Positions 28,446 through 40,400 of a DNA stretch of 64,000 bases are shown here, piece after piece. The notes under the pieces were generated by a model. The model was not told where the DNA came from. It saw nothing but the letters and a program-made list of their open reading frames with translations, and did no database searches. Source of the stretch: Paragordius varius (lineage: Eukaryota; Animalia; Nematomorpha); assembly GCA_964247055.1 (NCBI GenBank), contig OZ176052.1, positions 8,742,001-8,806,000 on the forward strand, given 5' to 3'. A program made the position numbers and the translations under genes. Each line of letters starts with the position of its first letter. The stretch's first letter is position 1.

Positions 28446-31400
28446 CAAGTTTGTACTTTTTTGAAGAAAAAATTATATAAATGCGACACAAAATATTTGT
28501 TAGACTTATTGATTACCAACTCTACCTATCTTATAAGCTTGTTGTCAAAAAATGTGGTTAACGCATTTTTATAAAAAAGCATAAATCATATTTTTTTTAT
28601 TCGTAGAAGATTGTCATAAAAAAATAAGGATTCGCAATCACAATGTTTCTTAAAGTAAATTAAGGAATTTAAACCGTTTAAAATTCACATTATGATATAC
28701 AAATATAAAACTTGAAATAGTAATTAAATACTTTATATTTATGGTTAGATAAGAATTATAGGTTAACGATATTGAAATTATCAATTAATAATGCTTAGTT
28801 TAATTTTTATATTAAATGGTTGCGTACCTATCTATATCGATTAGGTTAATGCGATAAATTTTGCGAAAGAAAGAAATTTAATATATAGGCATAACGTAAT
28901 AAAAATGGGTTTAATTGCATAGAAATTATGTCTTATAATAAATGTATTATTATGTATGCTCTTAACTGTTTTCACTCACTTATGTAATATAAAAATAAAA
29001 ATATTTCTGTTTACGCAACAGTACCTAGCGCCTTTGAAACTAGGCAGACATTCGCATTCAAACGTATTGATCCCATCTATGCATGTGCCATTGTTTTTAC
29101 AGGCGTCGGGAAAACAGTCATTTATATTATTTTGACAGACTGGGCCATCAAAACCAGGGGGACAGGTGCAATTGTATGCGTCAAATATATCTGTGCATAT
29201 GCCTAAAATTTTTTACAAAATAAAGTTAAATACAATGTCATATATGTAATTTACAACGAAATCACGTTTTAGATATAAAAAAGGGGGTGTTTTGGGGTAA
29301 CAAGAGGCAAATCTGTACTATTTACAGATTAATTTATATGGGTGTTTTAGTGCTACAAATAGATGCACTACAGGTAAAAAATCTTATGTTTAACAAAACA
29401 TAATAAAAAAATGAAATAATATAGTTTACTGCAATTTTGTTTGCCCCTAAAATGATAGTAAACCATAAAACTAAGCATTGTTTGATACATAAATTAACCT
29501 ACTAATAATATTTCGATTGAAGGACAATTCCTATGTAGATACTAATTATATATAATTAAAATATTAGATAATTGAGCGATGTAAAGGCGAAAAAAGAGCA
29601 GTATTAGAAAAAAGGCAACAAATATATATTGACTCTTGATATTTAGTATTTTTTAGGACGATAGATATTAAATTTTAGGTTTATATTAGTTTTAACCGAT
29701 TTTTGGGTGAAAAATGTAATTTAAAATGAAATCAATAATTTAATTTATTCAAAATATTGTTCAACGGCTTCTACGCATTCTGCTCATCTCTCAGGTAATA
29801 TTAATGCTGTGTCAAAAAATTAATTGTATTTTGCGGAGAATCGTTCGTCAAGCCATTTTCAACGTCTTCCAATTTACTGAAGTGCTCCTTTGCGAGGATG
29901 TGATTGTGCCCCATTGATGTTAAGTTGTGTCAGCGCCAGATCACAAGAGTTCAGCGGATGGCAGAAGATTTTCCGATGGAAGTAATCAAGGTGGGTTTTG
30001 CTGTGTAAGACGGATTGTCATGTACCAAAACAGTTAACAATGTGTTCTGACCCACAGTCGTTTTTTGATTAATGCATGGTTTAAATTGATCATTTGTTGG
30101 ATAAGTTTGTGTATTAACGGTTTCACCGGGTTAGTTAACACTAAACCGCTCTGGTCCAACCAGACACAGAGAATGGTCCATCTTTGCAAAGCGATTTGGT
30201 CTTGATGTTGACGGACAGATTTGTCAACCTTCCACAAAATAAAGCCATTTCTCATCACCTGTCCCAATTTGATGCTAATCTTTTTTTGTGACGTTGAAGC
30301 AGTATTTTACGAGTCACTTTGAGTTTCGATTTTACGTTCATTAATATCGTGTGGAAATCCTTTACCGAGTTTATTCTTTCCAATCATTGAAGATATCTAT
30401 TGATTGTTTTTTGTAATTCATATAATCTCCCAATTGTTGTCAAATTTGAATTGGGTCATCAATAACTCTTGCACTTTAGCGTCTTCGTAGTTGTAGTTAG
30501 CGGCTGCTCTCTTTCATTAAATCACAATTTTTAATATTTCTAAAGCATGCTTCATATATGTTAAGAGAATGTTCACCATATGTTTATACCAGTATACAAT
30601 AACTTTCAACAGCTTTTTTCCTGATGGTATAGCGTGTAACAAATTTTACTTTTTAAAACACAAATTTCAACATGATTATTAAATCAAAAAAGATAAACGC
30701 TAGTTTCTGGCGAAATCAACTTGTGTGGTCGTTTGATGTCAGATAAAAAATGCGGTGTGTATGTAATCGTCTGCGTACTCTTCGCGTCTTCTCTTAGTTA
30801 AACCTATAATAAATTGTGAATGCGCCTACTAAATGCTAATACCGGCATCTATAAATAAAAAATCAATTATGAATATCTTGTGATAAAAAGAGCTAAATAT
30901 ATTTTATATATTTTTTTATATTTCAATCGACCCTTGCAATCACTATAGAATTGAAATGGGGCCACGGTGAAATGAAATATATTTCTATTTTGGTTGAAGA
31001 AAAGGGCAGTTTTTTGCTGAAAATTAGTTTATTTAAATTTTTTTAATAAAGGATGTATGGTAAGTTGATTACATAATTGTTTAGAAAAGGTCACCGTACT
31101 ATATCTACCGAAAAGTGTGTCATAAATAATCGTTAAATCTTTTAACCTGTTTTATTGGCGTAATTAAAAAGAGGTGATATAATTTCAGCATATTATTATA
31201 ATGAAAAACCATTTAAATAAATTTAAAAGTATAGCCAAAATCGATGACTTTTAATTGGTGAGCAATTTATGGCATTATTAAATTTGATGTTCCATGAAGG
31301 AAACCGAGATTTAAATTCAAATGTTTACACATAGAAATAATAAATAATTGTTAACAAGTTACGTTGTGAAGTTGGACTTAGAGTTTGGTTGTGGCTTATC

Positions 31401-34400
31401 AGTGATGGAGTCGTATCCGTGGTTTCCATATTGGTTGGCTCCGAGAATACTGAAGTATCATTCGAAAATAGTGTTTTATCGCTATTAAGTGTCGTATTTT
31501 GTTGTAAAGGCGTAAATGGGGAATATGAATCATACGGACTTGATAAATATGTTATGGGCTCGCTAGTTTGATCGGTAATAAAAATTGTGGTTAAATTTAA
31601 ATGTTGTGTCCCTAGCGAATAAAGGTATTTAGGGCGCCATGCCTGGGTCGTGAATGTATTGGTGTTGTTTTCGTTGTTGTTTAGATCGTTTACATCAGTA
31701 TAATCAACATCTCTATAAAGATCAGGGTGATCATATTGGAGAGTTTCATTGCCAGTATCATAATCCCCAAAGGGTGTTAGAGTATTGTGAGTTGTTCTAC
31801 TTGTCTCTATAGGATTTTGGTTATTTATCAACATACTTTCAAGGACAGTCATTCGAGTAACAACGCTACTTTTTACTTTGGTATATTCAATATTCGATAC
31901 TGAACTTTTTTCTTCTGATAATATTCCTTGTGTGGTGTACCCATGCTGGGGATACGAATTTGTGTTATAGTTTACGATATTATCAGTTGGTTTAAATTGA
32001 GTTGATGCGGTCAGAGTTTGTTCCCTCACGTTTTCTAGAGACTGTTCAATTTGCTGGGTATCGGGTTGGGGAGAAGAAAATAAAGTGTTGTTTGAGTGAT
32101 CCACGTAAATTATATTGAGTTTAGGGTCATGAATTAGGGGTGATGAAATGGGATTTATTTGAAAGTTACGGGTTTGAGAATGGCTTTCTAAAGATCGATC
32201 TTGATCATATTTGGTCTCATTAGTCGGTAAATTAGATTTTGAATAAAAAGTTTTATCTTGTATATCTCCATCACTCAAATGATTAGCTGAATCATTTGTT
32301 TCCGTTTGATTTTTAACAGGCGCGTCATTGCTCTCTTGGCTGTGCTGAACTTTCACAGATCCCTGGACTTGAGTATTTAAAATTGCTAGAGGAGAATTTG
32401 CATAGTTATCACTTTTGTTTGAATTATTTTCTTCTTCTTGATTTAATAGAGTGGTAGGCAATGGCAGATTTGTTGTTGTAACTTCTAACGTCGTCGAATC
32501 TCCCAAATGGAAAAACTGTGGTCCTGAATAAATGGTTTCATTAATTTTAACTGGATCCAAATTTTCTTGGGGTGTGGATCCATTTTGTTGAAGCAAGTAG
32601 AAATTATTATAATTATGAAATAATTGTCCCCATAAACATTGGTATTGTAAATTCAAGATTAATAGAACTTGAAGAATACACTGTATTCGCAGCATAGTTA
32701 AAAAAATTTAAATATATCTTTTAAAAGTGATGAAACGGATCCATATAACAATTAAAACAATCAGACACTCAACATTCGAATTCCATACAATCGGAAAAAA
32801 GAAACACCATTTAAATTACCATCATATATATATAAGTAAGACGATATAATAATGTGAAAACGGATATTTAGATTTTGTGATTTAATAAACGCCCCTTTTT
32901 TATCGTAAATATGTGCGACGCCGAAAGTTTAGTCAGATAAAAATTATTATGCTAGATAAAAACCAAAAAATACCAGTTAGATATATATTTAAAACTAGTC
33001 AGTAAATTGGAATCAATGATTGTAGGAAAATGCGATAAAAAATATAAAATTATTAACTATTTATAATTGTAATATTATGAATACGCACTGCGTAAATGTG
33101 GTATACTGCTGATTATGTATATTGAATATGCATAGAGAGAGAGTCGATTTTGTCAATTAAAATTTACGACAAGTTGAATGCGAATATGCGACTTTTTCTA
33201 GAGGAACGAACATACAAATTGCTATGTAGTGTGAATGATCTCTTTCGATGACTTTATAAATTAAAAACAACAAGAGTGCTTTTTTGTAAATTTATATGTG
33301 AAGAAGTTTACTCTAAAGACGACACAGGATAAACACATAAGATAAGTATAAGTATGAGTAAAAATTATGTAGTAATTTATTTTTCCTGTTGTTTTATCAT
33401 GTAAAGAAAAGGTGAGTTTTTTTTTCAAGTTAAACAAATAAATTTAAAGGTGTTGTTTGTATTTTGTGTACATATATGAGTATATGTGTGTGTGTGTGTG
33501 TTTTGGAGTCTTTTATGTTGTTTGAAGAGGTATGTATGCATATATATATGTATGTTTATATAAAAATACATATTCAGGTAAATATATAAATATTTTTAAT
33601 TTTTTAATGTTTTCTTTTTTTATACTTTTTTACGAGGTACATTACTGACTGTATAATTTAATGTTATTAGATAGATAGATGCTTTTTTGCATTTTGACTT
33701 ATAGCTAAACGCTGGTACAGGTGGGTGAATTTATAAATGTTTATAATAAAAAAAGTATAGTATAAATTTGAATATTTTGAAAAGATTTATTATATATCAC
33801 GAAATATGAAAGGTATTATTTATAAATTGACCAAAATTCAATTTATATATATATACATAATAAACTATTGTTTAGCTCATTCTATGTCAAATCTATATCA
33901 ATATTTTTGATTATCATTTATTCATAATAATACAATTAAACAAAATTACAAATATTTTCATTAGTATATTTGAAGGTGTATTTATTGAGTTAATATGTGT
34001 TATATATTACAAAACTTTAATGGAATTAACTCTTTTTTATAATAAAAATAACCATTTCAAATCTGTGAGTTAATGCAGGATAATCCAGTTTTCATTTAGA
34101 GCTTTTGTTATCTTCAAATAGAATTATTTAATATTGACTTTGAAAATATGGTTTTAGCTCTTGGCAGTTAAATGAGGTTTAAAATCATATAGGAAAGGTG
34201 TCATTTAAAATAAAATTGTTAAATCCTTTGGCCATATTTCATTGCAATTAATAAAATGATTTTTTTAAAAAAATTTAATATATCGTGTTTCCAAGTAAAA
34301 GCTTGAATAAATATTTGTGGATAATCTCATAGATGATAAAGATTTTAATTACAAATAATGATAATTCGAGGGAGGTTCCCCCAATTAAACATTTAGGTTG

Positions 34401-37400
34401 TTGTTCATATTTAACGGTAAAACTTTTTTATGATAATATAATTTTTATGTTTCACAATGGGATAAAAATAAAATAAAATCCCAGTATAAATGTGTAAAAT
34501 TATATAAGTTATGAATCTATTAATAATAACAATAAAAAAATATGGAAAATGGATGAATTAAAAATGAATAGTTATAATGGTTTTAACTGTGCTTTTCCTA
34601 AACCTCCTCTTCCTTTGTTATATATTATAAGAAAAATTTGATTATGAATTTTATGCTAAATGAATACATATATGTATGCCAAAACACTTTTCTAAGTATT
34701 ATGATTTTATGTGCCAAATATTCTTTTCAACTTGTCTTTGTAGTGTTAAAGTTAGGCGGTGTATCAAAAATACTTCTGTTTCATTATTCTTTTCTAACAT
34801 CTCGATTCTTAAAACAATAGCATATCAAGTTCAGCTAATTACTTTTTTCTTATAGATGCTATTAAGAAAACTTTACGAAAAAAATAAATTAAATATTAAA
34901 GGAAAACTATAAATTAATTAACCTGGACTATCAATTTGATCAAATATTTGACTTAATGGGCTTTAAAATAAAAATAATTTCATATGTATAGCGCAATGTT
35001 GGGGTTCTCATAATTTAAAAAAGGCAAGGAGCAAACGCCATAGAGAGAAAAATCAATGCAATACATCATAATGTTTCAAACAGGCACCGAACGGGTAAAT
35101 AACATGTTAAAATATTCGGCTGAAATTTGGAGAGTTTTTCTGCCAAAAAAGGCCAAGATTAGAAACATATTTTTCACTTTAAATTTGACCCTCTATGCAT
35201 TACGTTAAAGAATGGAGTTTTAATGACAATGGTAAAGTGTGCGATGGTGGAAAAAACCAGATATGGTAACAACCGTTTTGGTGGAACCGAAACCTGAGAC
35301 AGCTAATCGGGATTAGAACAAAATCTGAGGGAATTTATAGTAATCCCTACCCATAAATTCAAATAATTAAAATTTTAGATTATGGTTGTCTATAAAATAT
35401 CACAAAAAATATAAATGCCGCCTTTCTTTTAATTTAACAAAAAATGCGGTAAAATTGATTGTGCCTTTTGTTATGGATTTTACAAATTCAAAGATTCCTG
35501 CGAAACGTCGCCTTTACTGAAGGAAAACGTTAAAGAAATGGGAACCCTGAGATTACATCAAAATTTTTAATCTTGGACCATAACACTGATCACGTGCGGC
35601 TAAATTATCAGTAGTTATACAATTTACTTTGTTTGAAAACAAACCTCTTTGTAAAAATAATAATGGTTTAATGAGACTTACATGGTATTTTTTACATAAA
35701 AAGCCATTAAAAATTTTAAAAAGAAGAAACATTATAAAAACACTATTACGCAAATAACATACACAGTCTATATAAAGTTTGGACAATAAAAACAGCTGAG
35801 TGTGTCACGAATTACAAGAAAAATGCGACGCGTATTTTTAAAACCACCAACCACTTATAAACGAATGTAATTTTTTACAACGATAAAGACGTTTGATGTG
35901 GCTTTTTTGCAAAAATAAAAAAATGTTAAAAAAAGCTAAAAAACATGTGGACATGGTTTTTTATGCAGTATTATTAATATGAATAATGCAAAAGTAATTT
36001 TAAAAAAATGTCACATACAATAATGATAAATAATAATAAATTTACAAAAATATATATAAAAATATATATTATGAATGAAATAAAACAGTGTTATGAAACG
36101 ACCGCCATATGTGTCCTTAATTTTTTGTCGCAAACATTGTTGCCAAACTTAGTCATAATATATTTACATAATAATTTTGATCTCTATCTATGACTTTGTA
36201 TAAATATTTACCATAATATAATATATATTCAAATCTGGAATCACAGAACCGAATGATAGTCTATTTTTAGTTAACAAATTTAGTGTGAATATTTATTTGT
36301 GATGAATATCACAATCAAGAATATAAAGGGATTGCGGATTCAGCCTAAATATTTGCAATGCTTATTACGATTTCCTAAACAATAGAAAATAATTCTAGGA
36401 TTTTTAAGAGACACATTATATATTAAGTCATATTCTAAGATTTCTTTTTTAGACAATACAGTATAAATTGATTACTAAAATAAGATTACTTTATCGACTC
36501 AAATGAGGACGAATGTGGAAAATTAATTAACACTTTCTTAATTTGTTAGTTGTACCAAATGTTTATCCCCTTTTCTTGCCAGTGGTATGGCCACAGCCCG
36601 CAAAATGTTTGCGGATATGGCAACATAAAAAAGCCCTTTTTATTTTTTTTTATTTTAAAGAAATAGGACATTTTCGGTTTTCCGGAGAAGGAGGTATAGG
36701 GATAAGCCTTGGGGAGTTCGAATTCCTACTGCCTTCAGTGCAAAAATTAAGGACTATTGATTATTATTCCAAAAAATATTTTTTATATATTTTAAAAAAT
36801 TGTATTTACCTTTATTTAGGCAGGAATCGGGTTTACAAGCGTTTGGAAGAGAGCAACCTTTTTTAATATCAGAATTTTTCTTTAAATTGGCTAACTCCAC
36901 GTATTTGTCATCTTTAGACCAATCGTGTCTAAAATAATTTATAATTATTAAACACTTGTTTGATTTAAAACTTTATATTCATAAACATGTGTATAATTTT
37001 AATAACTAAACAAATAAAATTTGAAATTACTGCGAAAAGGGTAATATGGTAGCAATATTTTCAATCATAATAACTGGATTTCTCAGACATCCTTTGAAGG
37101 GATGAAGCTTTTTAGCCACCAAAGTAGTTACATCATTCATGGTTCCTAATAAACGATTAAAAATTGAATGCGGTTGCTCTTGAAAATTAAAAATCGTTTC
37201 AAGCTAATAATAATTTTAATGGGAAAATTATGTTTTTAATCGTAACCGGTGGAATTAATGAATATTATGTAAAAAACTGTCCAAATTTGGTTTTAGTGTA
37301 AGTTTTAATGAAAATGGTGATAATCGAGATATCGACTACCAAAAATACCATGTAATCTTATGGGAAGAAATCTTTTTTAAATTGATGTCTGATTTTACAT

Positions 37401-40400
37401 AATTTTTATGATTTGTTAAATAAAGACATAAAAATAAAAAATTCGAATTGAATGAGGTCTAATATTATTATATTAATATATATGAACTCTGCTCAATTTA
37501 GTTTTAAATCGGCCATAAAATATGTCGGTTCTATATACAATCGCATTTATAAAGTGGGTTGAAGCAAATTTTGTTTTTAAAAAATTATATCGGTTTCGGT
37601 TTAGGCCTTAAGGTGCGGTTTCTGGGAAATTATGGCTACTTTGTTTACAAGCAACATCATTATATTGTTAGAAGTTTTTCTTTGACTAAACAGGTAATAG
37701 GCATATTCAAACGTTAAGGGAACAAAACTGAAAAGTATAATTATTTTTTTATTTGTAATCTTATAACATTTTTACATTTTTTAGAAATGCCCATTTATAA
37801 AATATTCAGCGATATTTACTGGCCGATTTTTTTTAAGTGATAAAAAATGGTCTACTATGATTGCTGAAAGAATTTTAGCGTGCAAAATAGCAATATTAAT
37901 TTCAAATATATTTAATTATATTATAAATCTAAAAATAAAATTCATGATATATACCGATTGAAAGAAAGGAACTGTCCCTTAACCATTGTAATAATTTTTG
38001 AGGTAAACTAAAAAACGTAACATTGTATTCAGTGTAGGAGATATCGGTGTAAATTTTCATATGATGTTGAGACAAAGTAATATTTAGCGTTATCCATTCA
38101 CCCTTGGAAACAATGTTGGGTGAAATATATGTTTGAGCGTTTGGTGACACTTGTCGCAAGTACCACTAAGAATATAATTTACAAAATTATTAGCGTCGTT
38201 TCGTAATGAAATAATCTTTGAACAGTTAATACTATATAGACAAAATTGCATAGAATTCGAATTGTATATTGGTACCTCAACAGTGGTTTTGCCTTCATGA
38301 ATAAAGATGGCTATGTAATTTCTTTCGATGGCTTCCAGGCCAGATCTTATAACCGACTCTTGAACATAAAACAATATGCAATCCGAACACCGAGTTCGAA
38401 ACTCCAAATTTATTGTTATAATCTTATCATTTTCGTTGGTTGTTTGTTTTGGGAAAATGTTTTCCAAATTTTGGTTTTGTTTGCTAATTTCATAGATCAA
38501 ATTTTGGTCAGGTTTTCCTTCCAATGTTATGACCTCAAAACCTATATATCAAAAAGATTATTAAAATACCATATCAGGATTTACAAAAGGCAAAATCAGT
38601 TCACTTAATGGAAATGCAATTAAATTATAATCAAAAAAATCTTTGTCTTAAATATATGTGTTTAATTTAGAGGTACCCTCTGGTTTAAGCTATATTTAGA
38701 TAGGGTCAATGATGAGCTATCATCCAAAAACTGTGAGTCAAACGTCATTATAAGAGATACCAATGTAAAAATTCAAGTAGAAAATATAGATTTATTAATG
38801 ATGCTATAACATATGCAAAAGGGAAAAAATTACCATATATTTCGGAAAATTCGGAAAAATCAAATCCAAAACTAAAAATATTCGAAAAATAAGATTTTAA
38901 AAAACGCTTTAAGGCCCCGGAAAAAATTTTTCACAAAAATATAGAAAATTTGAGTAATGGTAAAATTCCTGTATAGTTTGAAATTCGCTAAATTAGTGTT
39001 TATCTCTAGAAAGCTCGTCAAACAAAAAATCTTAGGGTGAAAACTTAGAATAATCTATATATTTATAAAAATGGAAAATGCTGGCTTTGTGATCTAATAC
39101 CGGAAAACCGGTAGACCCATTTAAATCCAAACTTCGAAAAACTATAATCATTAATCAATGCCCCGACAATAGCTTCGCCCGTTTTTTGAAATAGGCCCCC
39201 AGTTCGGGCCCACCCCGTGTGAAAAACGGGTTAAGTCAATTTTTTGGAGAACGTGTTGGACCATTCAATTTCAAATATGATTTTTGTTTAATTATTTTCG
39301 ATTGCGCCGAACATAGTCGTCTCGCTTTTTTGATTTAGGCCCTCTTTTTACCCGCTACCCCCGTAAAATGCCATTTTTTTCAAAAAACAATCCACAAAAA
39401 TAATTTTTTAAATCTATTTTTCCGCCAAGTAAACAAGGTATTAGTATGAATGCACCGTTTTAAAATTCCTATATATATATATATATATACATATATTATA
39501 AAATCTCAATTGACCAGTGTGGCCAATTTCTGCACAGAATGTGACTTAGTTTTTTAGCAATATAAAACGAGTTGTTAGCAAAAATAATTCATGATAATAT
39601 CAAACAATCAAAATATACAAATCGTACAAATAGGTCTCTCCTTGCTAATACATTGAGTTCCTAGGGGGCATGAAAGTTGTTGACAGGGATCATAGTTTTC
39701 ACAATTACGACCAGAATATCCCGGAGCACAGCTACACCTGTAATAAATTTTAAACGATTGGCATAATGATTTTGACAAAATGCATATATATTTGGGGCAT
39801 AACTTAACTAAGGGAATTAATTTGAAATAAAGAATATTATAATTCCACTGTAATATAATTGTCAAATATTAAATAAAAATAAAAAATATCTGTTTTTTCA
39901 TTGCAATTTTTACAAATTCATTAGAAAATTTCTACCCATTATTTAATTACAATTTAATGATAATCATGTGTTGCACTTGTTTTTTTGCATATTTCTTTAA
40001 TATGGAGTTTAAAACACACATTGCTTTTAAATTTAAAACATTATTTTATCTTATGAATTTAATTATATGAATTCTATGACACATAATATATTTATACATG
40101 GTTTTTCTGAATTTTGCAAATAGTTTGATATAAAATATAATGTATTTTGAATATTACTTGGCCTAAAAAACATAAATGCAAAAGATAGAAGAGTTATTTT
40201 TTTGGATTATTTTAAAATCGTTTAGGGCTAATTAGCAAAGTGTTAACTAAAATTAAAAAGGTTGATATAAACCGATTGGACATACATAGCTCATGTTTTT
40301 TAATCTATTAAGAGGTTCCACAAAAATATAAATAAAGAATGCGTTTATACGCATAATCGTTCCAAATCGTAAAGCACTCAGCCCCGTTTTTACATGGATG

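Noticed and set aside
35553-35786. Cys-containing ORF (..NCITTDN..DQCYGP) as the missing half-EGF after exon 23
   Set aside because: Cys spacing is not EGF-like, and exon 23 joins the exon at 29202 to make a perfect EGF.
36687-36736. Bona fide tRNA gene
   Set aside because: No D-arm or A-box and too short for a cloverleaf; kept only as a low-confidence structural finding.
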